Translations under genes and position numbers: made by a program
NCBI GenBank assembly: GCA_030295235.1
Contig: AP026135.1
Location: forward strand, 744,001-808,000
Source: Fistulifera solaris
Lineage: Eukaryota
Direction: 5' to 3'
DNA length: 64,000 bases
Notes under the pieces: model-generated
The model's input: only the letters and a program-made list of their open reading frames with translations
What the model was told of the DNA's origin: nothing
The model's database searches: none
In this document: in pieces, positions 1 to 11,741 of the stretch
Layout of the letters: each line of letters begins with the position of its first letter
How positions within the stretch are numbered: the stretch's first letter is position 1

Positions 1-611
1 AGTCCCCCGCACAGCACTGGCAAAAAGTCATTTACGGAGCACCAGTACAGCGCCACTTGTTCTCATCCAGCGGTACCTGCACGGCAGCAAAATCGGATGC
101 GCCTGGATTGATCCGAGCACGTGTACAGTTCCTGATAGAACACGCAACCGATGAAATAGTCGATGCGAGCCACGAAGGTTCACCAACAGCGCTTCTTCCA
201 GAGTATGCTTGGTTTTATGCAAACAGTGAATGTGTTGCAGTTTGGTGTAAGACAGGAACGTGGGCTACGATGCAAGCGGTTTCATGGTTGACATGGACGG
301 CGCTAGGGCAGATAAAGAGTGCTGCTACGATAGCCGGAGTGGCTGCTGCCACGCAGGTTGCCGTTCCCGCTGCTGGTTTGTGGGGTTGGCTTGGTTATAC
401 AGCACAGGCGTCCTTACTCACAGTTCAGCCGGCTTTAGCACCAGCTATTGCCGCGTACGGGGCAGTGACAGTAGCCGTCCCTGCTGTATGGTGGCATCGA
501 GCTCGTAATCAGTGGCAAAGCATAACCGTTCGATTAAATGAGGCATTTTGGAAAGCTGCGATAGATGATCCCGACCTATTTGCTGATGGAATGACGCTCT
601 GGAGTGAATAG
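1..611 (+). CDS. C-terminal part of an LRAT/NC-domain (permuted NlpC/P60) protein, 5' end outside the window
   Basis: YAWFYANSECVAVWCKTG resembles the LRAT motif YxLxxNNCEHFAxWCKTG, followed by a hydrophobic Ala/Gly-rich tail. Confidence 0.55.
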   Translation, partial: SPAQHWQKVIYGAPVQRHLFSSSGTCTAAKSDAPGLIRARVQFLIEHATDEIVDASHEGSPTALLPEYAWFYANSECVAVWCKTGTWATMQAVSWLTWTALGQIKSAATIAGVAAATQVAVPAAGLWGWLGYTAQASLLTVQPALAPAIAAYGAVTVAVPAVWWHRARNQWQSITVRLNEAFWKAAIDDPDLFADGMTLWSE

Positions 612-675
612 AAGGTTTCTTGAGTTTGTAATATAGTGTTTTAAAGCTTGGAAAGCAATTGTAGAATACATGTTA

Positions 676-1224
676 TTACCAAACTCGGCCGGGATCGACT
701 GATGTTCCTCCACTCAACTGATCGGAGCGCATATATTCACTAGCTACTACAATATAATGTGCTGTATATCGAAAATAGCACCGCAGAGCGTGTTTCACTT
801 GTTTGTTATCTCGCTGACTTGACGGCTGCAAAAGTGGATGATCGTCAAGCGCGGCTTCCATGTGATGAATCCATCGCGCGGCGGCACGGTGTCCTATAGC
901 ATAGTTTGCATGACGTCCCACCAGTCGAGTGTGTTTTTGCCCTTTTGCTTGTCGGTATAGGTCCGGTCCTCCGAACGTTTGAACGAAAAATCGATATTGA
1001 TTGTTAATGGCTTCTTCTTTTGTGCTACTAGCAAAAATGCTTTTGAACCAGGGTGCCGCGGTATCAGTAAAGACTCGATCGTAAAAGAGTTTCGATAACA
1101 GCATCCATCCTTCGGTTCCCCAGCGCTCGTACATGTTTGGTGACAATTCTAACGCGAGCGTCGATTCTGTATACGAAATGCCGGAAGCATCTTGTGTGAG
1201 TTCTTGTAGCTCATATTTGCTCAT
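676..1224 (-). CDS. Group II truncated (2/2) hemoglobin, GLB3-like
   Basis: FYDRVF, NQYRFFVQTFGGPDLY, RLVGRH and AAARWIHHMEAAL motifs typical of trHbO/plant GLB3. Confidence 0.85.
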   Translation of the reverse strand: MSKYELQELTQDASGISYTESTLALELSPNMYERWGTEGWMLLSKLFYDRVFTDTAAPWFKSIFASSTKEEAINNQYRFFVQTFGGPDLYRQAKGQKHTRLVGRHANYAIGHRAAARWIHHMEAALDDHPLLQPSSQRDNKQVKHALRCYFRYTAHYIVVASEYMRSDQLSGGTSVDPGRVW

Positions 1225-1470
1225 TTTCTCACTTTGCGCAGCCCCTCTAACTAAACGGTTACCTCGCCGTGAAGTAATTTATACATAAATTTAATTGTAA
1301 TCATTGAGCATCATTTCATCTTCATCTCCACAATGAAGGAACTTCAAGCCGAATGCAATGGGTTGGAAGTTTTGCAATGGAATTGCAAACTACCGGTACT
1401 TTTGGGACGAAAACTTTTGTTGAATGCACGTTCCAAATATTTGTCGCACAGTGATAAAATAATTTTTTAA

Positions 1471-1591
1471 ACAAACACTCCGTTTTCCTAATATTTATTC
1501 CTAATTTCCTAAAGTCAGAATGTAATTTTGACATTTGACTGAATTTTCCCATTTTGCGTTTCATTTTGTCACATATATTCCAATCTGGCAC
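1471..1591 (-). repeat. Dispersed ~110-120 bp AT-rich repeat, copy 1 (inverted relative to copy 2 at 11742-11852)
   Basis: Reverse complement gtgccagattggaatatatgtgacaaaatgaaacg...gactttaggaaattaggaataaatatt matches 11742-11842 with few mismatches. Confidence 0.9.
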
Positions 1592-1920
1592 AAATAATTC
1601 GTTTTTGAAATTGAAAATTGAAATGATGAATTAAAGTGAATTGTCGGTATAGTATTGTTTTACTATCATTTTGGATGTACAGCAAGACTAGATAATAAGA
1701 CTCAAGACGTTTCAAACAATCGCAAACAAAAAAAACGAACGAGGAAAAAAATAGGCGTTCTTGCACAGGTCGCTTCGTCCGCGATTCCCGGTGGATTACT
1801 TCAAATGAACGCTCTTGCATCTCAGCTGCACTCAGAAACTTCGTCTTTGCGATACAAGCGATAAGCTGATAAATCATTAGTAGCTATCTTGTCCCTTACT
1901 TGATAATACAACGCAGAGAA

Positions 1921-3553
1921 ATGACGTCGGCAGTACCGCGACGATCGGAATGGACGCCCATGTCGAGGCACAGTCGCCAGGCGACGTTGTCATTGCTTCA
2001 ACGCAGAAAATCTGCAATGACAGGATCGCATCCGAATGCATCAAAGCTACGGCAGTCTCAGACACTACAGGCTCCTCCTACCCATCATGTATCCTTCAAA
2101 TTACAATCACAGGTCGAAATGTCACAGCTTTCCCTCGATTCATCCTTGCAGACATCGCGCGCCTCAAAGCTTCACTATGATCCTCGCCACGACACGATGT
2201 TGCAGGAGAATTTGTCGGAAAAGCGAAGTAATACACATGAAAATGCTCGTAATCAACCAGATTGTCAGGTCTCCTCCGTCGATTCGAATGCGCGTCGAAG
2301 TATCCCGTTGGTCCCTTCTGGTCAACACTCGACTTTGACATCTGCTTCCCATACTGTATTGGCAACTCCCAAAAGTACAGTGCGCCACGGACGTAATGCG
2401 CTTCAGCGAGCAAAGCAGCAAGTGATGCAGACTCCTTTCAAGCCGACTACAACAGTCAATCGCCAAGAAACTTTCAGTGGCATTTCCTTGCAGAAATCGG
2501 TCGGTGGAACTTCATCTTTCTCCGGTAGCCTCTTTCATAACAACCAGCCCCTTGGACAGCGCAGTTTGTCGAACACCGCGAGGAAACCCTCCAGCGCATC
2601 CTTGGGTACGCGATCGGTGGTGACATTGGAGCCCGAGCAATTTGCTGCAACGAAGGCGTCACTAAAAATCGAGTTTCAACGCTTTGTGGATGAGAAAGAG
2701 GCTTTCTTGAAGCAAAAGAACAGGAGATGCTAGAGGTATTAACTGGTCGAGCAAGAGACCTCGCGAAGAGTCTTGCTACGACGAGCGAGCAATGCAAATC
2801 GGATATCATCGCCAAAGCGAAAGAAAACTACTCTGATCCCAGTCTTCAAACCGAATACCTGAAACTGCATCAATCGAGCATGAAAGAAGCCCAAAAGATG
2901 ATCCGGATGAGTGCGGACCGTGTCAGAAAGGAAGCGATCGAGAAAATTCAAGGCGAGCATTCCACCATTTTCCGTTCGCTTGAGATGGAAAAGAACCATC
3001 TTCTGGCCGTTGGTAAAGATATCATTGCGCAAGTTCGTCAAGCCAAGGACATGGCATTGACTTCGATCACCAATTTTCAAGCTGGTGCACTCCGTTCGCT
3101 TAATGGATACTTAAAATGTAGTGCTACAGGAAGCAAAGTTGCCCAAATGGCTCAGGGCGACTTTGCATTGAACTTCATGACTCCGCGCAAGAAACGTTCA
3201 CCGACTTCAAAGCGATTGCCATCGAAAAAAGTTCAATATCAAGAGTTTCAAAGCTGTAGCACTAGCCTCGGATCTGCGACGGAGAATAGCATGTGTCAAG
3301 ATCCCATGAAAAGAAACGACACGTGAATGTTTCCAAGTCTAAGAACCATCGAAAGAATTCGTCAGCATTTGAAACTGCTGATGCATCTGATGGAATGACA
3401 GCGTGCAGTCTATCAGAACCCCAATGCTCTCCCTTCAAGTTTGTCAGTCCTTCGTCGACTGACGTGAAGAAAAGTGGTACCAGTTGTGTCAAGTCGCAAG
3501 CAGAAGCGTCCGTCGCGGCACTCTCACGGTCGATCAAAACGAGCCCGACTTAA
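1921..3553 (+). CDS. Uncharacterized Ser-rich/coiled-coil protein in three frame-shifted pieces (1900-2733, 2727-3326, 3293-3553)
   Basis: Abutting long ORFs of similar composition; no recognisable domain. Confidence 0.5.
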
Positions 3554-4447
3554 TACATCTGGCATGCACAATCTAGACTTCAAAGACGACGTCTCATTTT
3601 CTTTTAGAGGCATGTGATCGAGGAGTTGTTGACTGACGAGAACGAGTTGAGTTTGTAATTCAAAGACGTATTCTCTATAATGCTGGTCTGTTTCCTTGCT
3701 TATAAAGTGGCTCTTTATCGATACAACGAAAACCAGTAACTGTTAGTTTCACGTGAATCTTCGTATATTGTTTTAGAATATTGTGTATAGCTGTATCTCA
3801 AAAGCATGATGAGGGAACTTTTTCAACAGTCGGTAGCAATTGCAGTTGGCCTAACCTTACGGTTCCAGTTTTACCAGGAAGGTTTCGGATTTGGTGTTCA
3901 GCAACAGTAACCGACGAAATGTTTGACTCGAAACAATATCAGTAGGATATTTCAAAGATCCTTCCAAACCGAAAGTCTTCTGACGTCCTCCACTATTTGT
4001 TGACCTAGTTGTAGCTTCACCAAAGAAGGAAAGTTGCGGTCTGATTGCCACAATCATTAAAACAACCACCGAGGGTAACAATCGACATCGTTGTTCATTT
4101 CACTTTTGTAAAAGCTGTGCGCAGCTGACGAGAGCAGAAAAATGGGTTCGCGGTTGTCCTTTTCCGGATTGATGATGAATGATGATTCTTCTTCACTTCG
4201 GCATCACCAGTACATTTGGCTCGTTAGTAAAGCATTTTGTACGTTGCCCAGTCTCACATCTTGTTTGTCTCTTAGACAAAACAATCTTGAGAGTGCCGAG
4301 TGGTACATTTGAGCTAAGTACAAACACGGAGAAGAAGTCGATTGAAAAATCTGGCGATCTCATTTTGCGATGGAATTCGCAAGATCGCCAGTCGCCGTTG
4401 TTAAAGCAGAACAACATAACAGACACACCTGGAAAAGGTAAATCACA

Positions 4448-5643
4448 ATGGGGAGAGCTCCGACTGTATCTGGTAGCGTGGTAGTCGTCGCGAAATGCCC
4501 AATTCCCGGAAGGAGCAAGACCCGTCTCATTCCACTTACCGGTGTCGATGGTTCTGCCCAACTTGCAACTGCTATGCTGGCGGATGTTTTGACGGCCTTA
4601 ACGCAAGCGGAGACAGAGAAGAACTTTGATCGTATTTTGCTTTACGCTCCCCCCTACCGATGTTGGGAAGCTAACAATGGAAAATTTGTTAGATCGTTTT
4701 GGTATTCCCCGACAACGAACAGATGAGAACGAGGCCAGTGAAGTCATGAGCACGAAGACCTACAAAAGTTCGAAAAGTGATAGAAAACATACGAAATCAT
4801 GGAACCCCGATGCCTGGACTCTATTGCCTATGTCTAATGAAAAAATCAACAGCGAAGGAGATCCTATTGACCACTCATCTTCGAAGCCTCTGAACCTTAA
4901 AAGTTCATACTTGAGTGATATCCTTGAAAATGCTTTACATCGAGTTCGACTAAGACTTCGAAAACTAAAAAGCGATGGTCCAGTCATATTTGTCGGCATG
5001 GACTCTCCTGATATCCCCCTCGATGAACTCGCGTATGCGCTAGAAGATTGCAAACGCGCGCGGGTATGTCCTTCTGCCGATGGAGGCTATGGCCTCTTGT
5101 CGGTTCCTTATCATGCACCTGCTGATCGGATTTTTGCGGGAGTAAGGTGGTCTGATCCCTTGACTTTGGCGTCGCAACTGAAAGCTCTGACAGATGAGGA
5201 CGTTCGCGTGACCGTAGGGAGAGTTATGTATGATGTCGATGAACCAGATGATGTGATACAGCTCGTAGAACGCTTACAAAAAAAGTGAGCGTCGTTTGGA
5301 TGGAAATGAAGAGGATCAACAAGATAACCTGGTGAAAGCTCCTCCAAAGACAGTGCGACAGGAAAGAACAACCGGGTCATGTAATTTTACGATACAAACA
5401 TTGCAAGAGTTAAAGTTATGGGGACCTGATGGGAAGCTGCGAGGGCTAAACAAAGAGAGCCACGTAGATGACGACGACGGAACAATAGCAAAGCAAGCCA
5501 CTCTTTCGACAAGTTTCAGCACGCATGACCATGTAGAAGACTATGGGGAGGAAGTGCTGATCCACAGTTACACGTCTAGTGCTTATGAGGAGGGCTTTGT
5601 CCCGAGTCACGACATGGCGGGAAGTCATTCATACTCGCTGTAA
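4448..5643 (+). CDS. DUF2064/TIGR04282-like GT-A fold (CofC-like) glycosyl/nucleotidyl transferase; frameshift at ~4650, possible tail after ~5285
   Basis: VVAKCPIPGRSKTRL, FVGMDSPDIP, PSADGGYGLL, FAGVRWS and DVDEPDD match the family motifs AKxPxPGxVKTRL, GxDxPxL, GPAxDGGY, FxGIxWS and DVDxxxDL. Confidence 0.75.
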
Positions 5644-5881
5644 GCAAATGATGTTAAACTGTTCCAGTTATCATATAATGCGTTTCTTGAGACGCTACTC
5701 TATGTGTTTTGACGATTAGATCCTTGCGACGTGTAATTCTATCCTGGAAGACCTGCTTCTTATTCTTGCTGTTCGCCTCCCAGAAAATCCTTACATTCAG
5801 TCTGAAATCATTACTGGTTCTAAGAAATGAACAATACACGTAGCTTGTAGCACGTTACCGATAGTTTGGACACTGAACCCA

Positions 5882-6165
5882 CAGATTTTCTGTGTACATG
5901 AAAACATTACATGCCCAGATTTTGTGTTAACGTGAAACATCGGATCCCAATATTTTCTGTAAACGTCAAAAAGCCACACTTTTAGATTTTCTGTGGACGT
6001 GAAAACACCATTTGCCCAGATTTTTTGTGCACCCCAGATTTTCTGAGGATGTGGAAACACCACACTCCCAGATTTTCTAGGCAGGTGAAAAGCCACACTT
6101 CCAGAATTTCTGTGTACGTTTAAACCCCATTTCCCCAGATTTTCTGTGGATGTGAAGACACACAA
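5882..6165. repeat. Degenerate ~34-bp tandem repeat (minisatellite), about 9 units
   Basis: Units such as cagattttctgtggacgtgaaaacaccatttgcc recur every 33-34 bp, with one truncated 18-bp unit. Confidence 0.9.
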
Positions 6166-6435
6166 GCGATCCAGAAGTCCAGTAACCTTCTACTGTACTG
6201 TACCTGGTAGCAGGGTACGGCGATGACGACAGCAGAAAAGGTGCAGAAAAAGTGCGACAGTGAAAAAGCTTTTATTCTTCGCCCGCGTTTTGCGCGTAGT
6301 TTCTCCCTGTCAAAAAATGCGTTCTATTATACCGAGAACATTATTTTGGAGAATTCGCTTAAGTCATTATTATTAGTCTTATGATTCTAATATCTCGGTG
6401 CGGTCGAGAAACAAAACTTACACTTATTGAATAAC

Positions 6436-7390
6436 ATGCTTCAAGCTTTTACAATAGTTGTGCTCGTCTCCATCGAAGCCAAAATGTCGATGGCCGTCTC
6501 GCCAACTTTCCTGCGGAGTCTTGCGGAAGCTGAAAATTCAGACGAAGAGAGGGAACACGACACAGATCCTGTAGTATTTTGGAGCGTGAACGCCTTTATA
6601 TTAACCCTTTTGGTATCTGTATGCTCGTGGCTTTGGTGCTGCGGTGGGTACAAAGGTCTTACCCAAGTGCGGCAATCGGACTTGCGATATGCTCAGCGAC
6701 TACAACAACGAAATGCGGAACGAGAGGCTAGACGGCAGATGTCTCCCCAAGAACGACTGGCGGCAATTTCTCAGTCTTTGCGACGCAACCAAGTGCGGAT
6801 GGTAAGGTTCCACGGATATTGAATTATCGAGATGTGTAGTTTTTCTAACTTGTTTTGGACTTCGCCAGGTTGTGAAACAGGATGACCTGGTCGCAGAGGC
6901 AGATCATCATCACCAAAGAAATAGTGACGTTTTAATAAATGCGAATATGATTGCAGAAGGAAATGAGAGTAACGAAGAAGCGAGTATTGTTTTTGCCATC
7001 CCCGAGACGATGAAGCTAGATTCTGATTTCGCGCATGACCGTAGCGAAGAAAATGCAGCATGGGATATGACGACAGCATCCAATAAGTTTGGTAGCCTCA
7101 TTTTAAGAAATGTAAATGGTGAAGAAGCTGGACGAGTACCAAATCAATGTGCAATTTGCTTGGGAAATTACGGTGTCGACGATCCCGTTGTTTGGAGTAG
7201 CAATCCGGAATGCTCGCACGCTTTTCATGAGGACTGCCTGGTGGATTGGCTCGTACACTCGAAACAAGACGGAACACCCTGTCCTTGCTGTCGACAGTCT
7301 TTCACAGACCTTGTATCGTTTCGTAAGGAACGCATAGTTAGGTGGGCTCCTGATCGAGCGTTTGATCCGAGTGCTTTGAGGTTTCGGTAA
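6436..7390 (+). CDS. Membrane-anchored RING-H2 E3 ubiquitin ligase (signal peptide, TM, RING); intron 6802-6868
   Basis: CAIC...CSHAFHEDC...W...CPCC; GT..CTAAC..AG intron joins the two ORFs in frame. Confidence 0.85.
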
Positions 7391-8029
7391 AACTTACGAG
7401 CTATCCCCGCTGCTTGAATTTTATATATTAACATGAAAGTAATATTGTGGTTATGACCTAAAGCTTGAATTAACGCTATCGAGCACTCTTAGAGCTTCTC
7501 TTGATGTGCCCTAATGCCGAAAGTCAAACCAATTAGCGTCAAAAAACATTGCTTCACAATTTGTCATGCAAATTTCTTGTGAATAAAGTATCCTAACCCA
7601 AAAATGTCGTAACATAGTCATGCGTTCGATTACCAGGTATAAGGACCAAGATAGGCGATAGGCCGTTGAACGAAGCGACATTTCTCCGATGAATTAATGA
7701 ATTTCCAATCTATTTGAAATTTATCATACACATTACAAATCTATTTTACAGCACAAGTGATAAGTGATAAAATGTTATATCAGTAATGATCAGTAATGAT
7801 CATACTCTAGCGAGAAAGCGTTTTGCAGGCTAACGGTAAAATGTCCCTCGACTAGTATTCGCACTGTCCGACTAAACGTTACTTCAGTCCCGAAGTGTCT
7901 GTCAGCCATACGGTTAAATCCAGTTACCTCTTACCTCTCTTTACTATTTTCGTGGACCGCAAGAAAATAACGAAATCGTTCGCGTCCACTTTACATCTCT
8001 TTGTAACTTGCTCAATAACCAAAATCGAA

Positions 8030-8750
8030 ATGAAGAAGCCGGAATCCGTTCTCAAGAAAGAAGCCACTCAGGCTAAAATTGCTGCTGCTGCCAAGGAGGC
8101 TGAAGCCGCCGCTGCGAAGAAGGCTGAAGCTGATTTGGCCCTCTTCAAGGCCAACGCTGCGAAATACGATGCCGAGTACGAGAAGGAACAAAAGGAACTC
8201 GTCGAGAACCGCCGTAAGGCCAAGGCCACTGGCGGCTTTTACGTTCCCGCCCAACCCAAGCTTGCCTTGGTGGTCCGGAATTCGCGGTACCATTGGTGTT
8301 TCTCCCAAGGCCAAGAAGGTCATGCAACTCTTCCGTCTTCGTCAGTTGCACAACGCCACATTTGTGAAACTCAATGAAGCTACCATTCGCATGCTTCGAC
8401 TGATCGAGCCTTATGTGACTTACGGCTACCCATCCCGCTCTACTGTGCAAAAGCTCATTTACAAGCGTGGATTTGGCAAGTTGAACAAGCAACGCATCCC
8501 CATCGCCGACAATACCGTCATTCAAGAAGGACTTTCCTCTCTCGGAATCAACTGTGTAGCTGATTTGATTAACGAGATTTACACCGTTGGACCCAACTTC
8601 AAGGCCGCTAACAACTTCTTGTGGCCTTTCAAGTTGTCCAGTCCTACCGGCGGTTTCTCTAGCAAGACCAAGATGCTTCACTTTATGGAGGGTGGAGAAT
8701 CAGGTGCTCGTGGGGAGGAAATCAATAATTTGGTGAAGAAGATGATCTAG
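8030..8750 (+). CDS. RPL7: 60S ribosomal protein L7 (uL30); 1-nt indel at ~8278
   Basis: PESVLKK, FYVPAQPKLALVVR(I)RG, LRLIEPYVTYGYP, NNFLWPFKLSSP. Confidence 0.97.
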
Positions 8751-9253
8751 ACACTATGGACATAGTAAAAAACTATTCTGTAACAATCTGAAAAGGTCCC
8801 GACCCTTACCGTGTGTGAGGGCGGTCGCATTTTAACGTAGGACTTTATCGTAGTCGGATCGGAACAAGCGATTGATCTGGGTGGTAGTTACCAAGAATGG
8901 ACGGAGTTGCTGTGATTACCGGTACTTTGCGATTCTAGGTTGAATTGTTGAATTCACTTCCGGTACCGTACTTGACAATCAACCTTTTTTGAACCTAGTC
9001 ATAGTACGTTGGCGGTTGCGACTGTCACAGTGGTGACGCGCGTGCAAAACAGGCGGCGGCTACCTCGTACGTGACTGAACGTGAAAAGACACGTTCTGCG
9101 TTTTGTTTTCTTTCCATCAGTCGTTTCAGATTTTCATCTCATTTCTTCATAACTTCTTACATAACTCATACTCCTCAATCATTCTGCATGGCTGTAGACT
9201 TTTGAGTATTTTTCCTTGACACCTCTGTTTACACCGCGTAATAATTCGCCAAC

Positions 9254-10881
9254 ATGGCGTCGTTGCAAGTTGACGCGCCCACCAACCCTCTCGTTTCCGC
9301 TCTCCTCACAGATCTGTATCAGATTACAATGGCTTATGCGCATTGGAAGAATAGACGTCACAATGAGCCTGCTATTTTTGAACTGTTCTTCCGCAAATGC
9401 CCTTTTGAAGGAGAGTTTGCTGTCTTTGCTGGTCTGGATGAATGTATCAAGCACCTTGCCCACTTTTCCTTTAGCGAAAGTGATATTGCTTACCTTCGGA
9501 CGTCCGTCCCGGCGCTTTCGAAATGTGATGCAGAATTTTTCGTATGGCTCGCGCAACTTGACACTTCGGAAGTCTCCATGCGAGCTCTACCCGAAGGCAC
9601 ACTGTGTTATGGGAAGCTTCCGTTGATCATTGTTGAAGCTCCTTTGGCCATCGGACAATTACTCGAAACGACACTACTCGCGCTCGTCAATTATCCAACA
9701 CTACTGGCTACAAATGCGGCTCGCATGGTCCGTGCTGCACAATGCAAACAGTTACACGACACCACCTTACCGCCGCAGTGTTGCAAATTGCCGGTTTGCT
9801 TCGAGTTTGGATTGCGTCGAGCTCAAGGACCGGATGGTGGATTCAGTGCCAGCAAATACGCTCTACTGGGAGGATTCAGGGGTACTTCCAATGTTCTCGC
9901 GGGAAAGTTGTGTAGTGTTAAGGTTGCAGGAACGCATGCGCATGCCTTTGTGCAGTCGTATAGTTCTCTCGATGAAGTCGCCCACGATACGGTTCTGTAT
10001 CCGAAAGTACTGCATTATCGCGAACAACTACAATATGAAACGACAAATAATGGAGAATTAGCTGCATTTATCGCGTATGGTATGGCATTTCCGGAATCAT
10101 TCCTCTGTCTCGTGGATACGTACGACACGCTACAGTCGGGGTTGTTGAACTTTATTTTAGTGGCATTGGCTTTGGATGATGCCGGCTACAAGCCTGTGGG
10201 TATTCGTCTCGACTCGGGTGACTTGGCTTTCCTCTCCATGGAATGTGCTAAGAAGTTTGCAGAATTCGCCAGCGAGCGTCCTTTTATGAACGAATTGGAC
10301 ATTGTTGCCAGCAACGACATCAATGAACGTACGTTAAACAAACTCAACAGCAAGCCGCACGCCATTACAGTGTATGGTATTGGAACGAATCTTGTCACCT
10401 GTCAAGCTCAACCTGCCCTCGGTGGTGTTTACAAACTGGTCGAGATCAACAAAATACCTCGTATCAAGTTCAGTCAAGATATAGAAAAGGTTTTGATTCC
10501 TGGTCGGAAGAGAGCTTTTCGACTCTGGGACAAGAATAACAATCCCATTTTAGATGTACTGCTGCAGTGGGAGGAAGAAGAGCCCAAGGTGGGTGGGAAG
10601 TATCTTTGTCGAGATCCTTTCAATTCACGAAAACGAGTATTGGTCAGCCCATCTCAAGTCGAGTTACTGCACGTTCCCATGTTTGACAAAGGACGCGTCC
10701 TTGTTACCCCGCAGCCATTAATGAAAGTATCCCGCCGCGTCGAGTTACAACTCTCCGCAGCACCCCGTGAAGTGCTTCGTGCTGATCAACCGGCACCTTA
10801 CAAAGTATTTGTGTCGGGTCAGATGTACCGTTTTTGCATGAAATATGGGAGCAAAACGCTCCAATCACTGAACTAAGTTAA
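9254..10881 (+). CDS. NAPRT: Nicotinate phosphoribosyltransferase; C-terminus probably has a missing T at ~10835
   Basis: LLTDLYQITM, EFGLRRAQG, GTHAHAFV, LVDTYDTL, GIRLDSGDL, GIGTNLVTC; corrected end reads FLHEIWEQNAPITELS*. Confidence 0.95.
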
Positions 10882-11639
10882 AAAGTTTCCCCACTTCTTT
10901 GTTTTCGTTGCTCTAAGAAATCAATGTCTTTCCGTTTCCTCCATGTGGCTGTAACCGCGTCATCCGGCCGCTCATACGGCAAAGCCGAACGATCCGCTTC
11001 AAGTCGTGCCATGACACGATCCAAGCTAACACACCAACGGGTATCAAAATGATATTTGACGGTACGATGAAACAGAGACATATTAGACGCGGGCGCCAGT
11101 ACGTGCAAATGCAAATGATCGACTGAATTGAAAGGAGGTGCATGAAACACGAGTCGATAATCGCCGCGCGCCAACGCTTCCGGCTGTTCTCGTTGAAGCA
11201 ATCGAATCGCCATTTCTTTACTCTCGTACAACAGGGGCAAATCGTCGTGCGTCAAATCGAATATACTTTTAATGAAACGTTTCGGAATGATCAAAATATG
11301 TGTCGGGGCACGCGGCGTCTTGTCACGAAAGGCCAACAAATCCGGCGATTCATCGCGATAACGTAAGGGAAGTTCGCCTCTTAAAATTTTCCCAAAGACG
11401 GAAGGATTGTTCGGTACATCAGCAGGTAAAGGGAGGAATTTCGGCTGATATAATTTAGGTATTTCGTCATACGAAGAAGACAAGAAGAGACTCATCATGC
11501 TAAAAGTCATAGCCTTTACAAAATAGATGCGAGAAACTGCCACAAACAGCATCACTGCCAGTAGCAGTCGAAGAGGATGAATAGAGTGAAACAGAATGAA
11601 TGATCGTGGCGTTTTTGGGCGTCGAAAGGCGATCGCCAT
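10878..11639 (-). CDS. HIT family protein (HINT3-like) with hydrophobic N-terminal extension
   Basis: VFGKIL, AFRDKTPRAPTHILIIPK, FHAPPFNSVDHLHLHV (histidine triad). Confidence 0.9.
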   Translation of the reverse strand: MAIAFRRPKTPRSFILFHSIHPLRLLLAVMLFVAVSRIYFVKAMTFSMMSLFLSSSYDEIPKLYQPKFLPLPADVPNNPSVFGKILRGELPLRYRDESPDLLAFRDKTPRAPTHILIIPKRFIKSIFDLTHDDLPLLYESKEMAIRLLQREQPEALARGDYRLVFHAPPFNSVDHLHLHVLAPASNMSLFHRTVKYHFDTRWCVSLDRVMARLEADRSALPYERPDDAVTATWRKRKDIDFLEQRKQRSGETF

Positions 11640-11741
11640 GGTCTTTTTTTCCTTTCTCTTGTGTGGGGTCTTGTCAAAAGAGATATCGAAGATCGAAAAT
11701 GTTTCCTCACAGACTAAAACAGTAAAATATTTTGTCGCACG

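Noticed and set aside
3857..4561. Short ORFs upstream of and antisense to the DUF2064 gene
   Set aside because: No homology cues; shadow ORFs.
5882..6165. CRISPR-like array
   Set aside because: Variable parts are ~11 nt and mutually similar, the repeats are degenerate, no cas genes are present and the context is eukaryotic.
5797..6165. 122-aa repetitive ORF on the minus strand
   Set aside because: It is a translation of the 34-bp minisatellite; the unit length is not a multiple of three.
7755..7803. Short tandem repeats aagtgat x2 and cagtaatgat x2
   Set aside because: Only two copies each; ordinary slippage.
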